DNA of 64,000 bases from Octopus vulgaris. Lineage: Eukaryota. Location of the stretch: NCBI GenBank assembly GCA_951406725.2, contig OX597821.1, positions 62,620,001 to 62,684,000 on the forward strand, in the 5' to 3' direction. A program made the translations under genes and the position numbers. Positions 52,886 through 64,000 of this stretch are shown here, one piece after another (within the stretch, counting starts at the first letter, position 1; every line of letters starts with the position of its first letter). The notes under the pieces are model-generated. The model was not told where the DNA came from. It was given only the letters and a program-made list of their open reading frames with translations, and did no database searches.

Positions 52886-54109
52886 TTCCTACACACACAC
52901 CCACACACACATATATATATTTATATATACACGCAATTTTATTGTATTGTCTTATTGGATTCCTCCAGGGTCAAGCCCATGTTGGGCCACTACCTTTCAG
53001 TGCTATTAGATTCTTTTCTGTATTGTTTCTGATTAAGTAGCAAGTTGGACGGAATATTCCTTTTTTGTGTCTCTCTCTGCTTCTATATGTTCATTTTTAT
53101 GAACATATAATTCTGAATACATACATACATACATATATATATATATATAAAAAAAAAAAATATATATATATATAAAATATTAGAAAAAAACATCTTTTAA
53201 GTTTGATTTTATTCCCTCAAATAATAATTATATATATATATATAATATATATATATGTATATATATATATATGTATGTATATATATATATATATGAATTA
53301 TATATACATGCATATATATATATTTATATATATATATATGTATATTTATAAATACGTGTGTGCATGCTTGTGTATAAATATCACTCTACATATTATTATG
53401 TCTGCTTATAATGGCAGTGAATGAGGAAGCATGAATGAACTAGAGCAATGAATAAGACAGTTATATAATATCACATAAGTACATAGCTAGATATATTACA
53501 ACGCTATAATATTGCATTTAAAAATTATTTTATGCTCGTTTGAGATCTTATTCCAAACAACTATATATCTTACATGTCAATTTTCTATGAATTTCTTCGT
53601 ACACAGCTGCTGAAGAACGCTTACTCAATTAAATGCAGAAAGCAATACTGTGACACGACATTGTGGCGACATATTCAAGTTGCTCCTTATTTCGTCATAA
53701 AAGTTATCATTGGATAGGCGTCATTCAGATATGCCATGTACTTTTTAACTGTTTCACTTAGTATCTAATGAGAGAGACTGCATATTGTTATATCTTCTTC
53801 AAGTAATAGCATCCAAATTTTCCTCAAACCACAAACTAAGGTTATAAAATAGATATTAACACGTTAGAGAATATACTTTTATTTGCATTATTCAGTCAAA
53901 AATGATGGACAAGACATTATTCAGAGAAGTTTTTTCTCTTTAATAAACAATATTTACCAAAAGTCAACAACACCCACTTGCTACAAGATCTCCCATATAT
54001 TATGAAAAGGGTATTTATTTTCCAAACTAATGAAGGAAGGTGTAAACTTGAAATTTACATCAACAGCATAGTTTAAGTGAAGTTTGCACATAGTAAAATC
54101 AATGTTTGT

Positions 54110-54286
54110 GGAGGCGCAATGGCCCAGTGGTTAGGGCAGCGGACTCGTGGTTGGAGGATCGCGGTTTCGATTCCCAGACCGGGTGTTGTGTGTGTTTATT
54201 GAGCAAAAACACCTAAAAGATCCACGAAGCTCCGGTAGGGGGTGGTGACGACCCCTGTTGTACTCTTTCGCCCCAACTTTATTTCA

Positions 54287-54321
<35 letters not shown>

Positions 54322-54430
54322 TGTTTCTTGAGTAATGCTGCGATGGACTGGCTTCTTGTCCAGCTGGGGGGAACACATACGCCACAGAAACATGAGCCTG
54401 GCTAGGCTTGAAAAGGGCGCTTAAATAAAT
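54110..54430 (+). mobile_element. SINE family C (V-domain-like)
   Basis: Near-identical head to 18989; gcgatggactggcttcttgtccag; internal (CT)n expansion. Confidence 0.92.
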
Positions 54431-54622
54431 GAAAAATAACATCAATATTTAAGTCCTGTTCATTAAATTAGTGCGTATGTAAATGAGTATAGTTAATGGT
54501 CAAACCAAGCGGAATTTGCATGACACTCTTCGCCATGGCTCTGCTTGGAATTTCACACAGATACTACACAGATTCCAGGTCATGATTTTACTCATACCTC
54601 ATATTAAATAGTACAATTCAAC

Positions 54623-54858
54623 AAGGCGGCGAGCTGGCAGAAACTTTAGCACGCCGGGTGAAATGCTCAGCAGTATTACGTCTGTCGCTACGTTCTGAAT
54701 TCAATTTCCGCCGAGGTCGACTTTGCCTTTCAACCTTTCGGGGTCGATAAATAAAGTACCAGTTTCGCACTGGGGTCGATGTAATCGACTTAATCCCTTA
54801 GTCTGTCCTTGTTTGTCCCCTCTATGTTTAGCCCCTTGTGGGCAGTAAGGAAATATAT
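54623..54858 (+). mobile_element. SINE family B, full length, perfect 15-bp TSD
   Basis: atagtacaattcaac at 54608-54622 and 54859-54873. Confidence 0.96.
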
Positions 54859-54976
54859 ATAGTACAATTCAACCCAAGGCCCCACACCGTCGTCATAACA
54901 CGTTTCTTAGTCGCTCGATTTTACATAAAGCAGGCATAAACAAATACACATAAGCACACACACACACATTTACGTG

Positions 54977-55024
<48 letters not shown>

Positions 55025-55038
55025 GACATATATATATC

Positions 55039-55081
<43 letters not shown>

Positions 55082-56603
55082 CTTACGCACATAAACACAC
55101 GCATACATATGCACAGATGTACAGATATACACTACATTAATAATCCATTATTACTGACAAATTATTTTGTTGATGTATCAACAAATATTAATGGATCATG
55201 TTTTAGATACATAAAGACGTCTATGTTGGATAGGTTTTGTTCGTTCTATTCCATTATTTAAGATGGAGAAACATTTTACCCATCATTAACGGTGAAGTTC
55301 ACAAATAAAATCAGAAGATACATTGTTCTTTGTAAACGATCTCCAATATCTCACAGAAATTGTTTTCATAAATATATAGTGAATCTTTTGAATGACATTT
55401 CGTTATTCCTTTAACGGATTTACCTTTTCATATAGCTCGTAACGCGCAAAAGCGTCTGTCAGCGTTGACACAGCAGGATGGTTGTCTCAATAAGCAAGCT
55501 AATGATGAATAAAGAAATAATTTGAAAAGAAAACATACGAACAATTTTGTACTTTAGCTTAAGTATCATTGATTAAAACTAAGTCACAAGACTTGAATTC
55601 ACTCATTCACTCCCATATATCCTAGAAATTGGAAATACAAAGCTAATTGCATGCCGTCTGGATCGTGTAGAGGGAGAGATTGTAGTTGTTCAGCTTAAAA
55701 TAGATGGATCATTAGATGTTGACAAATAATCTATTCAAACGAATGAATATAGCTAATAAAATCTTTACTGCTGAAATTGTTCATGTCAAAGTAAACAAGC
55801 ACATCGACAGATATAGCCATTTCATATTAAAGCTTTTACTGATTCATATTGGCGTAAGATATTAGGGTTAATATAAAAATACTTTTACAATATTTCTTAT
55901 CATGTACAATATCTAAATTAATTATGAATATGTTAACGGAGTTCATTTTTAATTCTATAATGTACAACTGAAAAAAATCTATAGATTTCAGTCATTACTG
56001 CTTGTATAATTTAAACATAACTACATAAAACATCGTAGACAACTGCCGTTGAATAATATTCTTGTAGACAGAATAGCAATATTAAAGAACTGTTGGTAAC
56101 ATGTCAGTTATTTGGTAATCAAATTAGCTGCCAACTATATTTTATTTATGCAAATTGGTTTTTCTGATTAAATGAATCCTTGAATAGAATTGATTCAACG
56201 TATTATATCTCCTGGGACACTCAGAGTCTTTCGTTTTGGTTCTTTGAATCTTCAATAAATGTTATGTTAGGTTCAGCTGATCGATTTTTCAAACTCACGC
56301 AAAGATTGTATAAAATGAGTTTGCATAAAATGTGGGCGGATATTAGCGTTCAAACTATTTTACTGATTTTTGTTCACATACGCAGTGAGAGTTGATACTT
56401 CAACTATCTAGATTCATTGTGTAACGTCTAAATTAGTGCCTATTCCAATAACATAAATCATTATCTAATCCAGACTTTAAATAAATTCTTTGATTTTACA
56501 AAAGGTCATTTTGAATTTAAACCATTCCAATTTAAAAGCAAACAAATACTTTTCCCAAAAAAGTAGTGTATACGACATTCATTTGTGGATACTATCCGTG
56601 GAT

Positions 56604-56634
<31 letters not shown>

Positions 56635-56799
56635 TTTTTGCCATTGATGTTACATACAGAAACAAAACTGGTCTTTAAGTAGATAATTAATTGTGCTTCG
56701 TTCAAATGCGAAAATTTACTGCGTCTTTTTTCCTTAGTACATTATACATTGTCTGTACGATTGTTTCATCCTTTAGAAGGAACAGTTGTTTGTTCCTTC

Positions 56800-57090
56800 T
56801 CGAGCCACGGCTGGCTCATAAGGGCCTGTTTCCCGGTTTCCTTGGCGTATGGGTTCCCCACTTGGACGGGACTCCGGTCCGTCGCAAGTGAGCTGTATGA
56901 TGTAGGATGAAAGAGTGAGAGAAAGTTGTGGCGAAAGAGAGTCAGCAGAAGTTCGCCATTACCTTCTGCCAGAGCCGCGTGGAGTTTAGGGGTTTCGCTC
57001 ATAAATACACACATCGCCCGATCTGAGATTCGAACCCACGAACCCTTGACCGCTAGTCCTCTGCTCTACCCACTAGGCCATGTGCCTCCA
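56800..57090 (-). mobile_element. SINE family C-related subfamily (V-domain-like)
   Basis: Minus head tggaggcacatggcctagtgggtagagcag...ggttcgaatctcag; gcgacggaccggagtcccgtccaag; tail gaaaccgggaaacaggcccttatgagcc. Confidence 0.88.
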
Positions 57091-57264
57091 CTGTCTGTAG
57101 GATACTAATCTGTATTTCGTTAGCCATTCTAATAACTAGCTCTAACAGAATGAACAAGGTTTTACTGAAATTGTCTGAATTTCCGAGTATGTTCACTCTT
57201 GTCCATGAAACGTTAACTCCCCTCTCATATGTAATAAAATAGATTTAATAATAATAGCGATAAT

Positions 57265-57460
57265 AATTTAGGCACAAGTAAAGCAATTTTGCATTTATAG
57301 ATTATATCGATCCCGACATCTGAAAGGTATTATACATCACCGAGCCCCCCAATGGATAAACAGTAAAGTTGATCTCGGTCTAATTGGAACGTAAACAGTT
57401 GGAACAAATAAACCAAAGCATTTTATTTCAATACTCTATCGTCACTGCCAGCTACCCGTT
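57265..57460 (-). mobile_element. SINE family B, very diverged
   Basis: aggcacaag...attatatcgatccc...aaagttgatctcgg...aagcatttt...ctgccagct. Confidence 0.5.
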
Positions 57461-58518
57461 TTTGTTAAATATTCCTAATATGAATATTTATTTAGCAGTT
57501 TCTGAGCTTAATATGTTATACGCTTATCTTTATCAGGAAACATTTGATTTTTAAATATAACTTCGTAGGTTGTAATTGAAATATTTCAAATTTCACCTGT
57601 ACATGTGAGGAACGTACTTGGGTGCTCATAAAAAAAAATATAAAACTATCACACAATTACACCTGGTTAAACAACTAAGCTTCATTGGTGTAAATAGCTA
57701 TTTAAAGTAGCTACAGAGTCAGAAATAAGATACACATTGAAATGAAACTAATAGACACAGACCTCTGGAGACACACAGGCAAATTTCTAATCGTTCATCA
57801 CCAGATTAAGTAAAACAACTTTTCACTTTTCCACATTTGTCTGTTGTGAGAGTGCCATATCAGCTGAAAAATTCTTGAATAAAGAAAATAACACTTATTT
57901 CCTTACACACTTATCGAAAACATACAAATGCTCACATACAGACACCTACATCCGTGCATGAATACATGGTTGTGTTGGATTATATGTTGTTATTATATAC
58001 TTGTAACTTTAAAGTGTTGTGTTTTATGTAAATATATTACAGCGTCGTAGATGTATATATCATTCAGAAATAAAACTTGATTAAATGAATGTGTGATTAG
58101 TCTAATTAGATGTGTATGATAACATATATGTACTTCATACATAGCTACAAGGCGGTAAACATACTATTGGATTTATATTATGCATTGCTGAATATCTCAA
58201 GAATTTCCTCCGGGAATTCAGATAGGTCACGGACACGGAAATCACGGGAATGCTGAAGTCTAGAAAGTTGAGTTTCTTTAAATAAACAGCAAAAGAAAAT
58301 GGCGTTTGGTGGGGAAGAAAGCATCAGGTGAAGCTGGAGAAATAGGCGTGTAAAAATAATCTGTATGGATGTGATATAGATGTGATTTGTATGTGTGTGT
58401 TTGCATGTGTGTGTGTGTGTATGTGCGTGCGAATGCGTGTGTATCAGTGTGCCTGTTTGTGTATGTGTTTGTAAGTGTGTATTTACACAATTACATATAT
58501 ACATATACATGCGTATTC

Positions 58519-58654
<136 letters not shown>

Positions 58655-58998
58655 ATGCTGGTAATTTGTGTCTGCAGACAAGTTATCTAATTAAAGCAAA
58701 AAGTCATATAACTTATCTCGACATTTTTATGAAATGAAATCGCTGTGTGCATTAACTAATGAAACTAACTCAAACGTACTTTAAGTTTTATGGTCCCCTT
58801 CATTTGTAATTCATTAAAATTACAAAATATACTTTATCTGTCGCTTCTTCATTATTCTCTCTCCCTCTATCAGTCTGTCTGTCTCTATCAGTCCATATAC
58901 TCATACAAACATATATATATATACATATATATATACATATATATATACATACATATATATGTACATATATTCATATAAATATATATCTATCTATTTAA

Positions 58999-59049
<51 letters not shown>

Positions 59050-60700
59050 AATTTATATATATATATATACATATATACATGCATACATACATACATTCAT
59101 ACATATACTTATATAAATATATATACGTATATAATTATACGCTCAGGTGGGTTTCATTAGTTGCGTTATGGACATATAACTATTTTAATACATAAAATGA
59201 TTGCGGTAAGCTCTAAGTCTGTTGCGTTTAATTAGTTGGTTTCTATACAGACAACACAATTTCATTATATCACTAATGCTATATCACTTCTAGTCCACAA
59301 TTCAGACTGTTTGCACATTTATCATTTGTTAGACTTTACGATAGATTTTTGGTATTGAGAAAATTATTCAGCAAATGGTTACATAATATATTTTGTTCCC
59401 TTTCGAAATCCAATCATTGTGCATTCACTTTATTTTTTTATTCTTTTTCAGCATTATTGTGAAATAAACGCTCTTGCGTAAATATCACACACGTTGAAAG
59501 CTGTACCAAGTCTGACTTGCAAATCTTGCATTTGTTACCATTATATTGTCTTCATCTAAAATGAGTAAACTAATCTTCTGATTCAATACATCTCTGCTTC
59601 ATAGTATAGTTTAAATAGGCTTGATAAGAGTATAGCACAAATCTTCATGCGACATGCATAGCGCTCGTCTGTGTGATTCTGCTGCTATCAAGACATTCAT
59701 AAATCCAAAGCGAAACTGTCTTTGTATTAGTAAATACATATAAGAAAAAAGACATACACGTTCAATTTGATGAGCTTGAAGAATTTTATAATGAGCTTGA
59801 TATTGGCGAAATCTTTGGCGAAAAACAGCAGAAGATATAATTCTCAGTTGCAGTCGACAGCATTAATATAAATATATAATGAGGTTTTCTATGCGAATTA
59901 CTTGTAAACGAAAAGATCAAGATCATATGTTTAAGAATTGCGTCATCAAATAAAATAAAATCTAACAACTAGATACATATTTAATGGCATAAATAATGAG
60001 AGATTAAAATACAAAGAGATTGTAAAAAAAATTTTAATATTTATGTAAATAAATAATTGATTGTTTGAATAATTAATTCAGCAAGGAATTTCATAATTAA
60101 ATGGATCTGCTACTAAATAATGATGTAAATAAACTAATAAATAAATGTACTTATAATTGAATAGATACATAGTTATTTATTAAGTGAATCACTGAATTTA
60201 TAATAATACACGATAATGAGTAAATAATAATGAAAAGAAAGAGAAATAAAGAGCTGACGTTGCAGTAAATTGTTTTATATATAATTTATGTTAATTTTGT
60301 TACTGGTTGTTTGTCTTTGGTCTTAAGTTAGCTTCAAGGGATCTACAGACGACAAAGATTAAAGACGATAAAACTATGTGCACATATATATGTGTGTGTA
60401 TGTGCACACACACACATACACACACACACTCACACACGCACACACATGTATATATATATAGATATTCGGTAGCCATAATAAGACTCCGTGTTTCGTCAGT
60501 TATCGAGGTAATTGAAAAAAGCTATGAAAATGACCGTTAAACAAAGAGATATTACTATGTAATTGACCGTTATTAAGAAAAACAAGCTATTAGATGACCG
60601 GTAAATAAGGGGAAAAACCGAAGGGGAGAAAGTAAAAAGTAAAGAAGTAAAAATGCTCATAGAAATCGCATATGCGCGCATGTACATACATATGTATGTG

Positions 60701-60752
<52 letters not shown>

Positions 60753-60764
60753 TAAGGAGAATTC

Positions 60765-60940
60765 ACGAAAAAAACACAAGACGAAGACAGGTAGTGTAGA
60801 AAAGAAACAGATGTATTAGTATAACGTACGGGAATTGAAAAAGTATTTTACCTTTCGAGACTACGCTCTTCCACAGAAAGAAATACAGAAAAAAACAAGG
60901 AGAGAAACAAGGAGAGAAAAAAATGTGTGATCGAGTCAGC
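60765..60940 (-). mobile_element. PLE-type short element next to (TA)n
   Basis: Same architecture as 47530-47725; hammerhead-like motif at 60846-60879. Confidence 0.55.
60846..60879 (-). ncRNA. Minimal hammerhead-like motif, variant core
   Basis: uuu CUGUGGA agagc guag ucuc GAAAG GUA aaa. Confidence 0.5.
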
Positions 60941-61154
60941 CTCATGGGCCAGCGTTTCATTTATATGTATACAGGGTTTCCAGGCAAGTTTCCTGTGGGT
61001 ACGTTATGATGTGGGGAGAAAAGTATGTTAGAAGTAGAAAATTACTGAAAAACATGGTGATTAAATTGAATTGAAATATATGTCTTTGTGTCCGAGTTTG
61101 TTAAACAACTATGCTTCACATCCCCATACAATATCGAGACGGCTTTCAAAATCT

Positions 61155-61243
61155 AAGTCCTAGCGTATTTTTATTCGACTAAATATTTTCAAGGCAGTAC
61201 CCCAGCTCAGCCTTAGTCTAAATGACTAAAACAAGCAAAAGAT
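61155..61243 (+). mobile_element. SINE family A 3' fragment
   Basis: aagtcctag...ttcgactaaa...aaggcagtaccccagc...aaatgactaaaacaagcaaaaga. Confidence 0.75.
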
Positions 61244-62430
61244 ACACATATATATATATATATATATATATAGATAACTTATGGATTGTTAGACGATTTT
61301 ATACAAAGATATACATCGGTATCATTCCTGTACAATCTTAAACACACATACACTCTCACACACAGGTGTATTTACATCTTCACACACAGACACACACAGA
61401 TTAATTCGTTCATAAATACAAAACACATATAATTCTGCGTAAGGGTGTATGAATCTGAGTGTACACACACTGAAATACACACACTTGCTCATACACACAC
61501 ATAATATTGAGAACATAATTATATGTCTGCCAACGTGTCTGGTTGAAGAGTTTAATAAATATTAAATGACTGCAATATTCACTTTCTATAGTAATTCATT
61601 AGGTGAATATACAATGCTATCAACTACTAATTGATAATGTCGCCTAACAAGCCATACAGATATAACCTTTCAAATAGACAGTTAAAATATTCAATGTCTT
61701 TTAGTGGCGTTGTCAACATATGTCACATTATGTAGGTGGCTCTCAACACAAGATACCTTTTTATTTTTCTAAATAGCTATTGTTTTTATCAAAGACAAGG
61801 TATAAATTTATGTGAAAAACGTTCTATAAATATCATTAAAATTTTATACTCATTTGCATAAATCCACAATGTAACTCTCTTGCAACAGTCATGTATTCTT
61901 CCGTATGTGTGTCTACGTTTGTGTGGGTGTTTGTGTACGTATTATTGGTGTAATCCCAGACGTATACACACATATATGTGTACAAGTCTATACATATACA
62001 CAAAGGGAGAGACATATATATATGAATGAACATGCATATCTGGCTAAATATTCGTGAATATCTTTGAAACTGGCTACCCTTTTACATGATACCTGTGCTT
62101 TTGTCTGTGTCTGTGTCTGTGTGTCCGCACGTGTGCATGACTGCGCATGCATCTGAAAGAGAATGTGTGCGTATATGTACGTACGTGCATATGTCTGTGT
62201 AAATTATGCTAATTTTTTTGCGTCATCGCTTGCTACTGAAGTTTCTGCCTACATGTTTCGAGGGCCAATTTGACGCGCAACACTCCCTTCGAACCAGGGG
62301 TAGAAAAATATCTATCTTCAGTGTGTATGGCTGCATTATACATCCATAATTCTCTACATTTGTACATACACATACGTTTGTTTTCATCTATCTATCTATC
62401 TATCTATACATACATACATACATACATACA

Positions 62431-62478
<48 letters not shown>

Positions 62479-62539
62479 AATAAATATATATATATATATA
62501 TACACACATAAAACTTAGAACTTAGATAAAACTTAGGTA

Positions 62540-62647
62540 TGTTTCGACCAATGATTGATCCAGGCCATGTCTAACTTAATAGCACCACCAAATAGGATTA
62601 TCTAAATCCTTTTTAAGTCTAGTTTTGTTTATTGTCCATTCAAGTAG
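62540..62647. repeat. Unclassified interspersed repeat (copy of 16703-16812), may extend to ~62880
   Basis: Shared sequence with 16703-16812; lies just after a (TACA)/(TA)n tract. Confidence 0.8.
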
Positions 62648-64000
62648 TTAGTTGTATCCAGGTATAGATGGCTTATCTGGTATTCCTTGAATAAATCTCT
62701 CCAGAATCCGTTTAAAGGTGTCGTTCCCAAATTTCTGGCGGAGTGAATTGCGTCATAGGGCTGTTTTTTTCTCACACACGGTGCCCAACTTACCCTACTC
62801 TACTCTGTAGTCGACAAAATAAAGACTAATAATGCGTATGCGCGAAATTTAAAGTATTAAATGGCGACCCATTGCACTCTGTATATGTATGTATACTATA
62901 ATATATGCGTTCAACAACATAAATGTTATACATAAATATTTACTAATATATTTCTGAACGCATACACGTTTCTAAACTCATCGTAGCTGAAATATAATGA
63001 AAATATAAAGAAACCCCAAGTGAGATTGCTGTTAAAGGAAAAACGTGTTACTTGGCCGAATTACATTTCGTATTAATATTTCTTTGTCAGTACGTAAAAA
63101 TGTTTTAAATCATTAGAGTAGCTTCGAGTGAGTTACTGATTGCATCAAGGGACGCAAAACCAAAACAAGATCCTTTATACTAAGTATAGTTATCTTATCG
63201 TGAAAAACCTATTTTTCTTGAGTCAACGTTTAACAATTGTCTTGCAGAAAATATATGAATCTATTTGCTCAGGTGAGATTTGTATCAGTTTAACTTTTGG
63301 AAATAATGGCTGCTAATGTGATGGTTTTCAGTGTAGAATTTTGTCTATAATATTTCCTTTTCCTGCAATATATGGAAATAATTTACTCGTTCAATCTCAC
63401 GGAGATACAAACCGCTTTACACCGCACTAGAGACCGGATAACGAATTTATATATAAAATACGGAAGAGAAAATCTCAGGTATTATGTGTGTACTACTCAT
63501 CGAAACAGCATAATCGACACAATTAAGTTTGTTTTCAACATGCTATTACATCGGTGAACATATCCAGATTATATATTGCTCAATACGTTTGTATATGACA
63601 TATGGGACTAGAGCAAGTTTTTAAAGTGTGATAGAACAGAGTAACAATGTTAAGCTGATCGAAAAGGAAGATATTGAAATTTACCACATGTATGTGTTGC
63701 TATAGATTAGTTTCTGTTAAATGTATAATACACAAACAAAGCAGGCTGTATGGAAATGTGAATAAGACTGTTTTAAATATGAAGAAAACCCTATAAATTA
63801 TTGAACATATTAATTTTTTTAAAATTATAAATACCACTTATGTTTGTAATTTTGTAAAAACCTATTTGAATCAAGTGAACATGTTATGTATGTTATAAGG
63901 AGATTGCACGGTTTCTGATAGAATTAAGTGGTACCTAAAACATTATAAACTAGATAATCTGTTACATTTACTTTGTTCTACTATGTGTAAAATGTAAATT

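Noticed and set aside
62245-62325. Full hammerhead from minus-strand CTGAAGA (62315) plus GAAACatGTA (62250)
   Set aside because: Stem I and stem II do not pair; counted only as a half motif
63256-63278. Recursive splice-site-like cag|gtgaga (also tag|gtgagt at ~9917)
   Set aside because: Weak polypyrimidine tracts; host gene and strand unknown

Overview
AT-rich eukaryotic non-coding DNA that is very dense in microsatellites ((TA)n, (CA)n, (TATG)n, (GATA)n, trinucleotide runs). The repeat families look like those of an Octopus (coleoid cephalopod) genome; this is recognition from memory, not a database search. No intact protein-coding gene is supported, and almost all ORF-track entries are microsatellite artefacts, so this is probably a large intron or intergenic region. 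The window holds about 25 copies or fragments of four tRNA-headed SINE families, several with target-site duplications and one nested inside another. It also holds a non-autonomous Helitron, a decayed mariner element with a transposase remnant, and several MITE-like foldbacks. The most interesting signal is a set of short non-coding elements, mostly next to (TA)n tracts, carrying minimal type-I hammerhead ribozyme (HHR) motifs of the kind associated with Penelope-like elements (PLEs). There are 7 near-complete motifs and several half motifs. Two of them form a near-perfect 193-bp palindrome with one hammerhead on each strand, next to a 300-bp foldback.
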